From assembly GCA_951406725.2 (NCBI GenBank), contig OX597819.1, positions 496,001 to 560,000 of the forward strand: a stretch of 64,000 nt of DNA, given 5' to 3'. The stretch comes from Octopus vulgaris. Its lineage: Eukaryota. How positions within the stretch are numbered: position 1 is the first letter of the stretch; the number at the start of each line of letters is the position of its first letter. Made by a program: the position numbers and the translations under genes. This document shows, piece after piece, positions 46,115 to 58,478 of the stretch. A model generated the notes under the pieces. The model ran no database searches and was not told where the DNA came from. It was given only the letters and a program-made list of their open reading frames with translations.

Positions 46115-49100
46115 CTGAAAAGAGAATTAAAATACAAAACATAATAAAACATCATTACTAATGTAAGTAATTACTGCAAATTAATTCTTTTTAGTCTTAA
46201 AAACACAGTAATGAAAGTAATTATTTTACAGTCATCCTAACTTTTTCTGCATCCAGGGCCCATGTATCACAACCATGCAACAATAATGAATTCAGTATAT
46301 GGGTTAGGACTCAGCAGTGCATGGTTCTCAGGTTCCTACTCATCATAATCCTTCAGGCCATTACAAATTAATTTAAACTGGATGCCATACTGACTACCTT
46401 GTTCTTATAGCTAAATCAGCAGAGTTAGAAAAGAAAGTTCTCAGTGGCATCCAGTTTAAATTAACTTGTAATGGCCTGAAGGATTATGATGAGTAGGAAC
46501 CTGAGAACCAAGCACTGGTGAGCCCTAACCCATATACTGAATTCATTATTGTACTTGATAACTTCCACCTTACTGACTGCACCACATTACATGGCTTGAA
46601 CAGATCTCACAAGCCATTTGTTTACCCCTAGCACCCACATAGACCAAGAGATTACGGAGTGAGGGACCATGTTGAAGGATAAGCACATTGGCTTATTTTC
46701 AGCTAAATACTTTTGACGTAGCCTCATTTGGAAGACAGCATCAGTAGTATTTTTCCCTGGCACAAAACTAAACTGCATCTTATCCAGGCTAATTCTCTTC
46801 CTAATCATTTACATATCTCTTTCTCTAACTTTCATGATCTGGCCCTGCAATTTGATGCCTCTAATTTTCTCTAAGGCATCTCCTTCACCCTTGAAACAGC
46901 TGACTATTATGCTGCTAGTCACCTTCCTGTACTTCCTGATTGGTTATGTGGCCAGCTAAACCATATCCTACACCACCAGATATTTTAAGCATCTCAGCAG
47001 TAACTCCTCATGGTCCACACACATACACACATTTATATACACAGGGATCCAAACCTCCCTCACTACCTTCATTTTAATGTATGTTTCACTGTGCTTAAAC
47101 GAGTAGCTTAGTCTTCTCCAGCACTGTCTATCACCAACCAAGACAGTCCTATGTCATCTTTTCAGTGAGATGCAAAATATTTAGAACAGTCTTCACTACT
47201 TAGTCCCATCTTTTTTGGTCTTCCTCTCCCCACAATTTCCAATAACTCAGAGTACTTGGCACCTTCTTATGCAACACATGGCCTCCAAATGCATCACATG
47301 CTTATGCTAGCACAGCCTTTTCTCTTGTTCCTATCTTCAGTATCCTGCTTAAAGCAATACAAAGACAACACTTCTTACTCCAATCCACTCTCAATTCAAT
47401 TCTCTTGTGTTCCTTCATTTCGTTCACTCTCTATCATTTAAAAATCTCCTATTTCCAAACCATCTCTGCATCCCATCAAATTGCCAATTATTATAATTAA
47501 CAACAGGAGTGCTGTCCAACAGTTGGTCTAAGCGTAACAGGCTGATTAAGAAACTTGCTTAAAATACAAGAGGAGAATCTTTTTCAAAAAGGCACAGGCA
47601 TGGCTGTGTAGCTGAGAAGTCCACTTGGCAGCCATGCAGTTTGTTTCCTGGTCTTGATATTGTGCACCGATTGTAAAAGAATGTCACTGTCACACATGCA
47701 ACATTGTCCCTTTGCATTCCTCTGAGAAAACATGCCCAGCCAGTGTGCTGTTCATGATTAGAGAACCAGGGAATATAAAATATTACCATGCTATCAAACA
47801 GGTGAAAGTTGGTGAGAGGAAGATCATCTGGTCATTGTAAAGATTACAACAAATTGTGCCTGACCCATGCAAGAATGAAAAAAAGAAAAAGAATAAAATG
47901 ATGATGGTGATGATATTAGTGTCTAAATTGAGTTTTAAGCTGAAATAATAACACTGCTAACAAATATTTATTTTTCTCAATTGAAAGAAATAACTTATGT
48001 GTTACATATAGGGCTGAGTGTCTGACCTTTTGCCTGGCCTGTGAAATTATAGCCATAAGCAGCATATGCTGCAGTCATGCCAGCTTGTGCACCAGCGATT
48101 TCAGCAGCAGATAAAGCTTTCTTTGCAGTGCCTCGTCCACGTGGGCGTCGTCCAACTCCTGAACCTTTTGGTCGACCACGACTACGGCCTGTTCCTCTTT
48201 TTGTTGGTGTTGGAATTGGAGCCACTGAAATCACAAAAAAATTAAATTAAACACATTAAAATGAATGCCATTAAGAGAGTGGAGGGAACATGTGGAAGGG
48301 AAGATGTGGGACAAAATGGTGAGAAAGGATCTTCAGATGTTGGGACTCACATAGTTTACCTATGCTTGAGAAGACATGTCAAGTTAAGTAAAATTATGGT
48401 TGTCCTTGCATACAGGCAGGACTCCTGCATTCTCCTCTTCAGCTGAGCAGTCTTGTGAGTGTTGGAACCACATAAAAGGACCTGTGCTGTGCTGCATAAA
48501 AGCACCCAGTACACTTTGTAAAGGGGGTGGCATTAGGAAGGGCATCCTGCCTTAGACACCATGCCAAAACAGGCCTGGAACCCAGGCAGCTCTTCCACTG
48601 GCCAGCTCCTGTCAGACCATCCAACCTATAGAAAACAGACATATGATGATGATGATGATGATAACCTACAAGATGCTGATTAACAGTTTTGTTAAAATAC
48701 TTTTTATTTTTGAACACAATGAAAGCAAATATATTTTCTGCTGATGAATGAAATTAAATTTTAAAAAATAAACACCCCTCTGGTAACGGGTAGCATTTAA
48801 ATGTTGATATCTCTAATTCCAGTATTTCTCATAGAAACCTCCTTGATAGTTTGATAAAAGATGGTGTAGAGTCAGCTCCAGGATAGAACTGCTTCATCTA
48901 TCAGTGACTTTTATCACTGATGTCTTACCTATTGCTATATTTTCTCTTTTCTAACTTTGGTTAATAACAAAAAAAAATCTTTCATAAATACATCAAAGAA
49001 AAGCATGCCAAAATGATACAAACCCAGGCATGTGGCACTTACGTGGAGGGAAAGATGTATGTGCATCATCAACTACAAGAGGGGCATCATTACTGTTATC

Positions 49101-52100
49101 ATCTATCACAAGGTTACTTGATGGTTGGTTGAATTCACTGCCAACTGACATCTGTAATAAGTGAAAAGAGGAAAAGGAATGTATAAGGAGGGAGTGATAA
49201 GAGGAAGGAATCTAGCAGAGAAGAGAGACACAACAAAATAGATGAAATGATCGAAATACCCTAGCATGAGAAAAACAAACTGTTGTAGCTGATGATAACC
49301 TTGTGGAACTTGCAAAGACTCAGTGGATAAGATACTAGCTTCTTTACTACAGAATTGAAGGTTTATATCTAATTTTTCAGAAACAGGAACAAGTGTTACT
49401 TGACAATAAAGGAAAAGCAAAAACACAAAACAGGAAATAAGGGAAGAGTTTGGGGGTTTACAATAGTGAGCTGAAATCCTCAACAAATAACTCCATAGAC
49501 ACATACACATGGTTAGCTATTGTTTTTTTTATGAAATTGTCATATAATCTCATGAAAAGTTCTTATGTAGTGTGGTGGTTGAGGCTCGAGGTTGGAATCT
49601 ATTGTGATTTACAGAAAGGGATGTGCAGGTTAGTGACACCAAAGACAAACTTCTGTAAAATGTTTGAGAGTGTACAGAAGAGGGTAATGAGTTTGTATGT
49701 GAGAAAAATTAGGCATAAGAAGAGTTATATGCAGTGTGCAAGAGAGGAGACTGCACTGGTTTGGTCAAGTGATACAGACAGATGAGGACAGTTGCATAAA
49801 GAAGTGCTGATCACTTAAAGAGGAGGGAAGTTGTGGAAGAGGGAGACTCAGAAAGACACAGGACAAAGTACTGAAGGCTGATCTCAAAATGCTGAGCCTC
49901 ATGAAGATGACAGAGGACCGAGATATGCGATGCAGTGCTGTACTCAAGACTTACCCACCACAACAGAACTGATATCCTAAAACCAAGGTACCATGTAAAA
50001 AGCATTTGTATTGCTGCTGGTACCACATAAAGCCATCAAACCTATGCCAGAATGGAAAACAAATGTTAAATAGGGATGAGGATGATAACTTCACTTGGGC
50101 TTTTGTTGGATTTATGATTTTGCCCAGTTTCCAAATTCTGCGTATTTGGTAGTATTGGTAAAAGTAGTTGTTGCTGAGTGCATTGATTCCTTCAGGTGTG
50201 TATTTGTAAGGTCATAAGGATTTAGAGCTTTCTTATTGTCTTTTGGGCATCGGAAGGAAGAGCAGATTCAAAAACACTCTCAAGGTGATTTTCCTTAGAA
50301 TTTATCTCCATTTTGAGTTTTTTGATGGCTGAACTTTCAGAAATACTTGTAAGGTTTACTGTAAGGTAAAACATACTTTTCTCATGCTAACATGGGTTGG
50401 ATGAGATATTCTGAGACAACACTTGACAGCCAGACGATGCCAACCCTTCTAGTTAACTCTTATGACACACAAATCCAATAACAAAGCAAAGATAGTTTGG
50501 CATACTTAAAGAAAAAAAAAAAAAAAATTATGCTTTTAAATCTGTAACTGACCTCACTCTGTGGACTGGCAGGAACGGACATAGAATCAAAGCTTGCAAC
50601 AGAATCAGTATCTGGGACAGGAATTACAACATTATCTTCTGTTTTGAGGCGTTTAACATCTTTCGTCTGTAAAACAAGTTCAAAGCAGTCTTAGAAAGAA
50701 GTTAACAATTTTTCAAAGAAAATGTATAAAAGCATGTATGCTTTATTCGAATAAAACTAAAAAAACAAATGACTTGGGTATCATACCAGCATATATGTTG
50801 GTATGATACCTAAGTAGTTTATAAAATATATAGAAAGATAAAAGATAAAATACAATTATGGTACTTATAACTTAAAATCATTCCAGAATTGCTTTTGAAT
50901 TAATTAATATTCAGGATATTTTTAAGACCACCTTCTATCTTGATGAATTAAAACAATAAAGATCCTAGTTAATTCATATTTGATATTTAAAGGTGCCTGC
51001 ATGGCTATATGATTAAGAATTCCTCTTCACAATCATGTGGTTTACAGTTTGATCCCACTGTGTGATTTCTTGTGCAAGTGTCTTCTGTTATAGCCTTGGG
51101 TTGATCAATATCATGCAAATAAAATTTGGTAAACAGTTAAGTAATTGTGTGCAAACACCATGCATATTTATATATGTATGGTGTATGCATTTGACACAAC
51201 AACACAACTGGTTGTGTAAAAAGGTAACTTGATCATTCAATAAATATTGACCAATAAAATGCATTTGTGTGTAAAGCACAAAGTTAATCTGCATTTTGAA
51301 AGTGCAAAAAAAAATAATAAATAAAAGAAAAAAAAAACCCCATCATCATAATTGTATGTCTGCTTCCTATGGTGGCATGTTTGATAAGTCCAACAGAATC
51401 CAATGGGTTAGAGGACTGGGCCTTGCTCCAATCTCTCAGTATGGGCATTGTTTCTACAGTTGAATGCTTTCTCTAATGTGTGTGTACACAAACATATCTA
51501 TCTAAATATATATGCTTAGTTCTCATGCAAAATGCATGCCTAATGACTTCTAGGCTAAGAATTTTGAAAAAGAAGGATGCATTATACATGAATAAATATG
51601 ATATGTACCAGACTGACATAAGTATTAAATATAATAGAGCAGATATTATCAATCAACAAATGTTTAAAGGGCTTGCCCCAGAATAGCCACTTCTTTCTCA
51701 TTCTCCTGAATGACCGAAGCCAGTATAAGAATACAAGAATACAGACCATACTCCTAGTGACATAAGTTGTATTTATTATTGTTGCTTCTATTACCTTTGA
51801 ATAAAAATTTTTGAGTACTAGTCACAAGAAACGTATTTTCATAATTTCTAAAGGGGGAAAAAAAAAGACCGTTCACCTTTTCAGTAAGTTTTTCTCGCTT
51901 GCGTTTTCGTTCTTTAGTCTCCTTCTCACGAAAACGCTTTTCTTCTTGACGTTGTTTCACTGAAAGAATTACTAAACATTGGAACAGTTTGAGTATAAGT
52001 GCAACTAAAATAAGTCAAAACATAAATTAATTATAACAAGAGCATTCAGAGAGTGCAAACCCCCGCCAAGGCAACACCAATATCCTCTCAACAATTAGCT

Positions 52101-55100
52101 GAAGATGATTTTTAAAATGAGAATATCTGAAATAACCTGGACTACTCTCACAAACAAGAATACTAAAACTGAACCTGACTGCTCTCAAATGGAAAAATAA
52201 TCCAAATATATATACATATATTGAGTGAGAGGTGAAAGGAAAGGAGATGAAATACTAATACAGTGAAGGAGAAGTAGTGAGAGAAAGTAATGAGAAAGAT
52301 GAAACAAAGTGGAAAAGAGAGTGTCACATGAACAAGAAAGGAAGGGGTAATGGATGAAACAAAGGAAGGAGTGTAAAAGAGGGGTATGTTTGCATGTGTG
52401 TATGTACAATGGAAATGGAATGGTAATGTTCAACGCTGAAAATGCGTGTGTGTGTGTACAAGAGAACTATATGAAACTTTACATATATATGTAAAGTAAA
52501 GACATCGGAAAAATAATCCAGAATCCTTGTTCTGTACTGGATCGATTCCAAAATCTAATGAGACTGTGCCAGTCACAAGGTCAAACATCCCTGAAAGTTT
52601 TATCTGAATCCATCCAGCAATTCTTGAGATATCTTATCCATAGACAAACAAACATACATGATGGAAAACAATACCTCCGCTTTCGCTAAGGCGGAGGTAA
52701 TAAAGTTACTCTCTTTTCATATTTCCTTAAAATGCAAAACAAAAATAATACAAAAATTGATAGTGCTAGAAAATATCAAGGTCCCCAAATATTACCTTGT
52801 TTTGCAGCTGTCTCTAACAGTTAATAGCCACATCTACCTTCTACATTTCCCTCAATCCAACCATCATGCCATTTGACCAAAAACCTTTGCCAGTTTTAGC
52901 TTCACAAGCCTTTTTAGGAAATGTTTCCATCTCTGCGGTATTCAAGACAATTAAGCACGTGATTGATATAATTCTAAGTATGTCTCTCCACATTGCACAC
53001 ACAACCAAAGCCCATAACATCAGAACTGCTGAGGAAAAGAATACTGCTTACAAAACACTTGGAGGAAATCAACCTCCCCATGTTCAACAGGGAGCTGCAA
53101 TATCTGATGGGCAACACAAAAATGAAGGATGCAATGCTCATCATCTAGTCATAGCCTCCAAATTCTGCTGCCTGTGAAATTGCAGCTGGGATTTCTAAAC
53201 TACCAAGGGGTTTTTCCATTAATTTTGCAGAATTCTTTTCCTGACCACTCTTAAATCAATATGGTTCTCATAGCAGTTCTCCTGTTAATGAACCTAGCTT
53301 ATTTGCCTTATATTTTGCTCTAAATTTCGTGCACACATAAAACCCTTACTAAACTCGGTTTTTCTACTGAGAGAGAGAGAAAGAGAGATATGCCAAATAT
53401 AAAAACTCCAACCAGATTGGTCCTGATAATATCTCATTATCTTCACTGCCCACCAGTCTCTTGCCCTGGAAATTTCTTGTCAGAACACACTGCTCTGGTT
53501 TCTCATGGTAACTACTGAAGTAAAGTTTGTTCTAACAGAACGTCCACGTTTAAATCGGGATGAATATTACCTCTCTGCATTAATACCTGCCTCTGTCGCT
53601 AACTTGTTAATCATGACGCCAGCACCTGTTTTGGTACTGTCAATCTATATGTTCCCGGCAAAGAGATGCATTGCTGCTGTCTCTAGTGGTCAAGTGCCCA
53701 TCCTTGATAAGACCAAACAAGGACAAAATCATGTGGTCTGGTGGCCTTGGCACTAGAGGTAGTGGGGATATATCTCCCTGCTAGGGATAAAAACAAGAGT
53801 GCATTTTGCACCAAAAGGCCGACATCAGAGTTTCTCATATGGTAACCACTGCAGTAATATTTGTCCTTATTGAACATCTCCGTTTAAGTGGGGATAAATA
53901 TTACCTTAACACTGGCGTGTTGAAATTTCAGCCATGTCACTCACACTGTACATTAACTACTTGCTATTAGTTCCTCTAGCACACCCCTACATATAAAAGA
54001 TACACCCCTTTGAAAGCTATCAGAAGTCATCTAGAACCTTAAGTAATGTCCTGGAGAACATTGCTGAGCAGAATCCTTGACAACATTCTTCTGTAACTAT
54101 CCTTCCTCACACTTTCCCTATACAGCTAAAACTCTCAAAGTTGTAAGTCCTCACAATTGCTGATGCTTAAAACCATACACAAAGATCAGACTCTCTCTGT
54201 AGTGCAAGACAATAATTTAGGTCTGATTGGTTTTTAATTCTGTATAAAGCATAAATGCTACCCACCTTAACTGTTAACATATCTTAAACATGGTCAATTA
54301 CATCATAAAACTGCCATTCAATTAAAGGAAAAAAATCTCACAAATTTACGTTTTTTCTCTTTGTTACTTCTACTACAATGAAGATAGCATCTTTGAACTA
54401 ACAAGCTGCTTATTCCCTCTACCCTGTCTGACTTGATCTTCCTGTCCTTCTCTCACCTATCATTCATACAATGTCTCACCCCAGTTTCTGCATCTGTACA
54501 AAATACAGCAGTCTTCTGTAATTTCTCTTCTGCCCAGATGATGTTCTATATAAGTTCAAATTTATCTATCAACTACATTAATCTCAACAATCTGGTCATC
54601 GACCTTTCCCTCTCTAGTTAACCAAAATAAAGAAAAGAATCAGAGCTTACATTTTGTTTCCATTTCATCATCATCAATCAATAAGGAAACAACTTCTTTT
54701 GGTTTCAGTGTATCTGGACGGAAGTTTCCTCCACTGATTACCATACGTTGTATCTACACAAAAAGGTGTGGAAAATTAACAGATTTTCATAGTGATTACA
54801 AAAATAACAAATAAAATGAGTAATTCTCAAGACTTATTGGGCCTCTAAATTAGGTGTGTCAAACTCGAGTGGCTTTGCAGGCCAGACTGAAGCATAAACT
54901 AGACCTTGTGGGCTGGATTGCACAATAATTCCTAAAAACTCACTTCACAATACAAGCCAAAGTATAAAAGACAAAGAGATGTTAGCAAGTTTATGCACTG
55001 AGATGTGAAGAAAAAATTCTTCTAGGTGGTATAAATTTAGTCATGTTAAAAGTTCTTAGGGTGAGAATGGAAACAGATGTTGTCCAAATGTTTGCATAGA

Positions 55101-58100
55101 GTTCTTAAGAAGATCAATGTTTGATAGAAAACTTAAACTGTTTCAATTGCAAAAACGTTTCTAAGGCATTTGTCTCACAAGAATCCATTCAGGAAAAACA
55201 TGGGCATAAATTTAAAAGAAACTTCTGTTTGAATTAGCGTGTATCAACAAAATAAAGGGGAAATAGGCACAAGTTTTCAGAATGTGGATTTATAAGCTTC
55301 TTTTCAATGGATGAGATAACAAAAGATGGCCTAAAATGCACTGATTTGACTAATTGGAACCAGTGTTAATCACAGCTCTACTCTGTATCTCATCCATTGA
55401 AAAGAAGCTTATAAATCCACATTCTGAAAACTTGTGCCTATTTCCCCTTTATTTTGTTGATACACGCTAATTCAAACAGAAGTTTCTTTTAAATTTATGC
55501 CCATGTCTTTCCTGAATGGATTCTTGTGAGACAAATGCCTTAGAAAGGTTTTTGCAATTGAAAGAGTTTAAGCTTTCTATCAAACATTGATCTTCTTAAG
55601 AACTCTATGCAAACATTTGGACAACATCTGTTTCCATTCTAAAGAATTCAGGTATATTTACATAAAGAATACTTAAAGTCATCTTTTTTATATATTTATA
55701 CATGTATCAAGTATATTTAAGTTACTCACCTCACTTTTCTCTTTGGCTCTTTGGAGAATGCGTTCTTCAATAGTTCCTTTGCAGATGAGACGATAGACAG
55801 TGACCTGCTTAGTCTGTCCGAGGCGGTGAGCTCGATCCATAGCTTGTTGGTCTACAGTGGGGTTCCAGTCACTGTCGTAAAATATCACCTGAATTCCAGA
55901 ACACACGCAATAGGCATAAGAATTAATCTATTAACAGAATCTTTGAAAACGCAACACAGATCACAATTGATTAGTTCATCTGTTTTATTTTAGTGATTAA
56001 AATTTGATGGTAGATCGTTATTTAATCTAGTTCTTATCTACCATTATCATTGTTTTACTGTTCACTTTTTCATGCTTGTATGGGTTGGATGGAATTTGTT
56101 GAAGTGGATTTTCTATGGCTGGATGCTCTTCCTGTTGCCAAAGTAAAATTTCCCCATGACCAGACATGTTTTAATGGAAGATTGGAAACACTTTAACTAT
56201 TACAACTGTTATAGGATGTCAAAGCAAGGAGACAGTAGCACATACACATTATATACATATATACAATGGGCTTCTTTCAGTTTCTTTCAACCAAATCCAC
56301 TTACAAGGCTTTGATCAATCTGTGGCTACAGTAGAAAACACTTCCCAAAAGGTACCATGTGGTGGTACTGAACCAGAAACCATGTAGCTGAGAAGGAAAC
56401 TTCTTACCACATGACCACACTTGCTCCTATCATGACAATAAATTACAAGAGAATTCTCTAACTAGTTTGTAGGATATACAGTTGGCCACACTTAGTTAAC
56501 AGACATTTAAGGTAAGATTATAGAATAAATATTTAATTAAACCATTCACATTCAGATAGTGGAGACAAACAAGTAATCTGACAAACACTTAAGTTTATGT
56601 TTGGATTAAAGTTGATTGATGCAAACAGGTTAAAATAAAATTGTTTAAAAATTGAAAATCTTTTTAAAGATCGCTCTTGGTTCATAACTGTCATGTTTGC
56701 TTTATCAAAAGATTTTCATCACAATAAAAACAACAATTACAGAGATAACAAAAAAAAAACAAACAGCAATAGTGATACAAATAGCAACAACAGAATTCAT
56801 CTAACTAGAATTTTATGCTACAGTAAACAGAGTGGTTTCAAATTTTAGCACAAGGCCATCAAGTCGGGGGAAGAGACCAGTCGATGACATTGACTCCCAA
56901 TGCTTAACTGGTACTTATTTAACTGACCCCGAAAGGACAAAGGGCAAAGCTGACCCCAGTGGAATTTGAACTCAGAATGTAAAGATGGACAAAGTGTTTT
57001 GTGTGGTACAGTAATGATTCTGCCAGCTTGCCGCCTTAGTAAATATATTAAAGCACAAATATTAAGTAATAGGTTATATTATAACAAATAATAAAACACT
57101 ACTAAAAGGAAGCAATAAAAAGTAAGTGAGGTTTTTGGCAAAAAGACTGGTGGTACTTACAGTATCAGCAGCAGTGAGGTTAATGCCAAGCCCTCCTGCT
57201 CTTGTACTCAAAAGAAATACAAATATGTCAGATCGGTTTTGGAAATCAGCAACCATATCTCTTCTCTCAGATATTTTTGATGAGCCATCTAGCCTCATAT
57301 ATGTATGCTTACGGTGCCACATATATTCCTGAAAGAGAGAGAGAGAGAGAGAGAGAAGAAAATAAGATATATAATAAATATATATAGAAGCAAAATAATA
57401 CAAACAGTAATATAATATCAAATGTTATCAAACAATACAATATGACCTGAGTTTGTTATATGTGTGTATTTATAGTCACAGTTACATGTGCTGGTATATG
57501 ATAAATACATTACAAAAGACCTCTGTTGTGTATGAAGTTCAACAGATAAGTTACCAGATGTTTTTAAATAACTTGAACAAGTGAAATTCTTCAACGAGGA
57601 ACTGACCATCTACATACCTCCATCAACAGGACACAATCACTACATCTATATCAATAAAACAGTTGAGACTATGTGTGGGGCTCTGTCCCTCTTCTCTGTC
57701 CTGCCAAGCATTTCCCTCACATCTCATCCCCTAAAACTTATCACTTCTCTATCGATGGTACAATTCAGCAGCTGTAATCACCTAAGAGTAGAATAGGTAT
57801 ATTACGCTCCCAATTCCCTGTCTTCAGTCATTGCTCTCTTCTGAAGACCTCTCTTACCAGCTGCTATTCTCAACAACTTCTCGTATTTACCATCACACCC
57901 CACTTAACAAATCCCCCACCCCATCATTCCTATACCTCTCACCATCATCATCTCCCTATCCCTGCAATCCACTGTATCTTCTCTCTTCTTGCCACCCTTC
58001 CAAACTACTCAGCCTTCTATCTCTATTACAAGCTAGCCAGGCTTGCTCTTCCTTCACACTCTATTCTCTCAACACTTGGTATAGAATCATTGCCCCTACC

Positions 58101-58381
58101 CCTCCTCATAGTTGAGGAGGTGTTTCTTTTCTTCTTCACTCCCTTTGTTTTTCTATTTTTTTTTCTCCTTCCTGTTCTTTTCTTGCTTTGCATGTTGCTT
58201 GGCAACCATGTCAGAACAAAAAAAAAGCACCCAGTACACTTTGTAAAGTTGTTGGCACTTGAAAGGTCACCCAGCCATAAGAACCAAATCAAAGCTAACA
58301 TTGGTATTTGACATGACCATATGGCTCTTTGAATCCTATCAAACCACTAACCCATGTCAGCATGGAAAATGGACATTAAAT

Positions 58382-58478
<97 letters not shown>

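Noticed and set aside
48929-48954. Extra INO80 micro-exon (donor GTAAGA at 48928)
   Set aside because: The plausible acceptors give 22 or 26 nt (frameshifting), and the flanking exons already join in frame.
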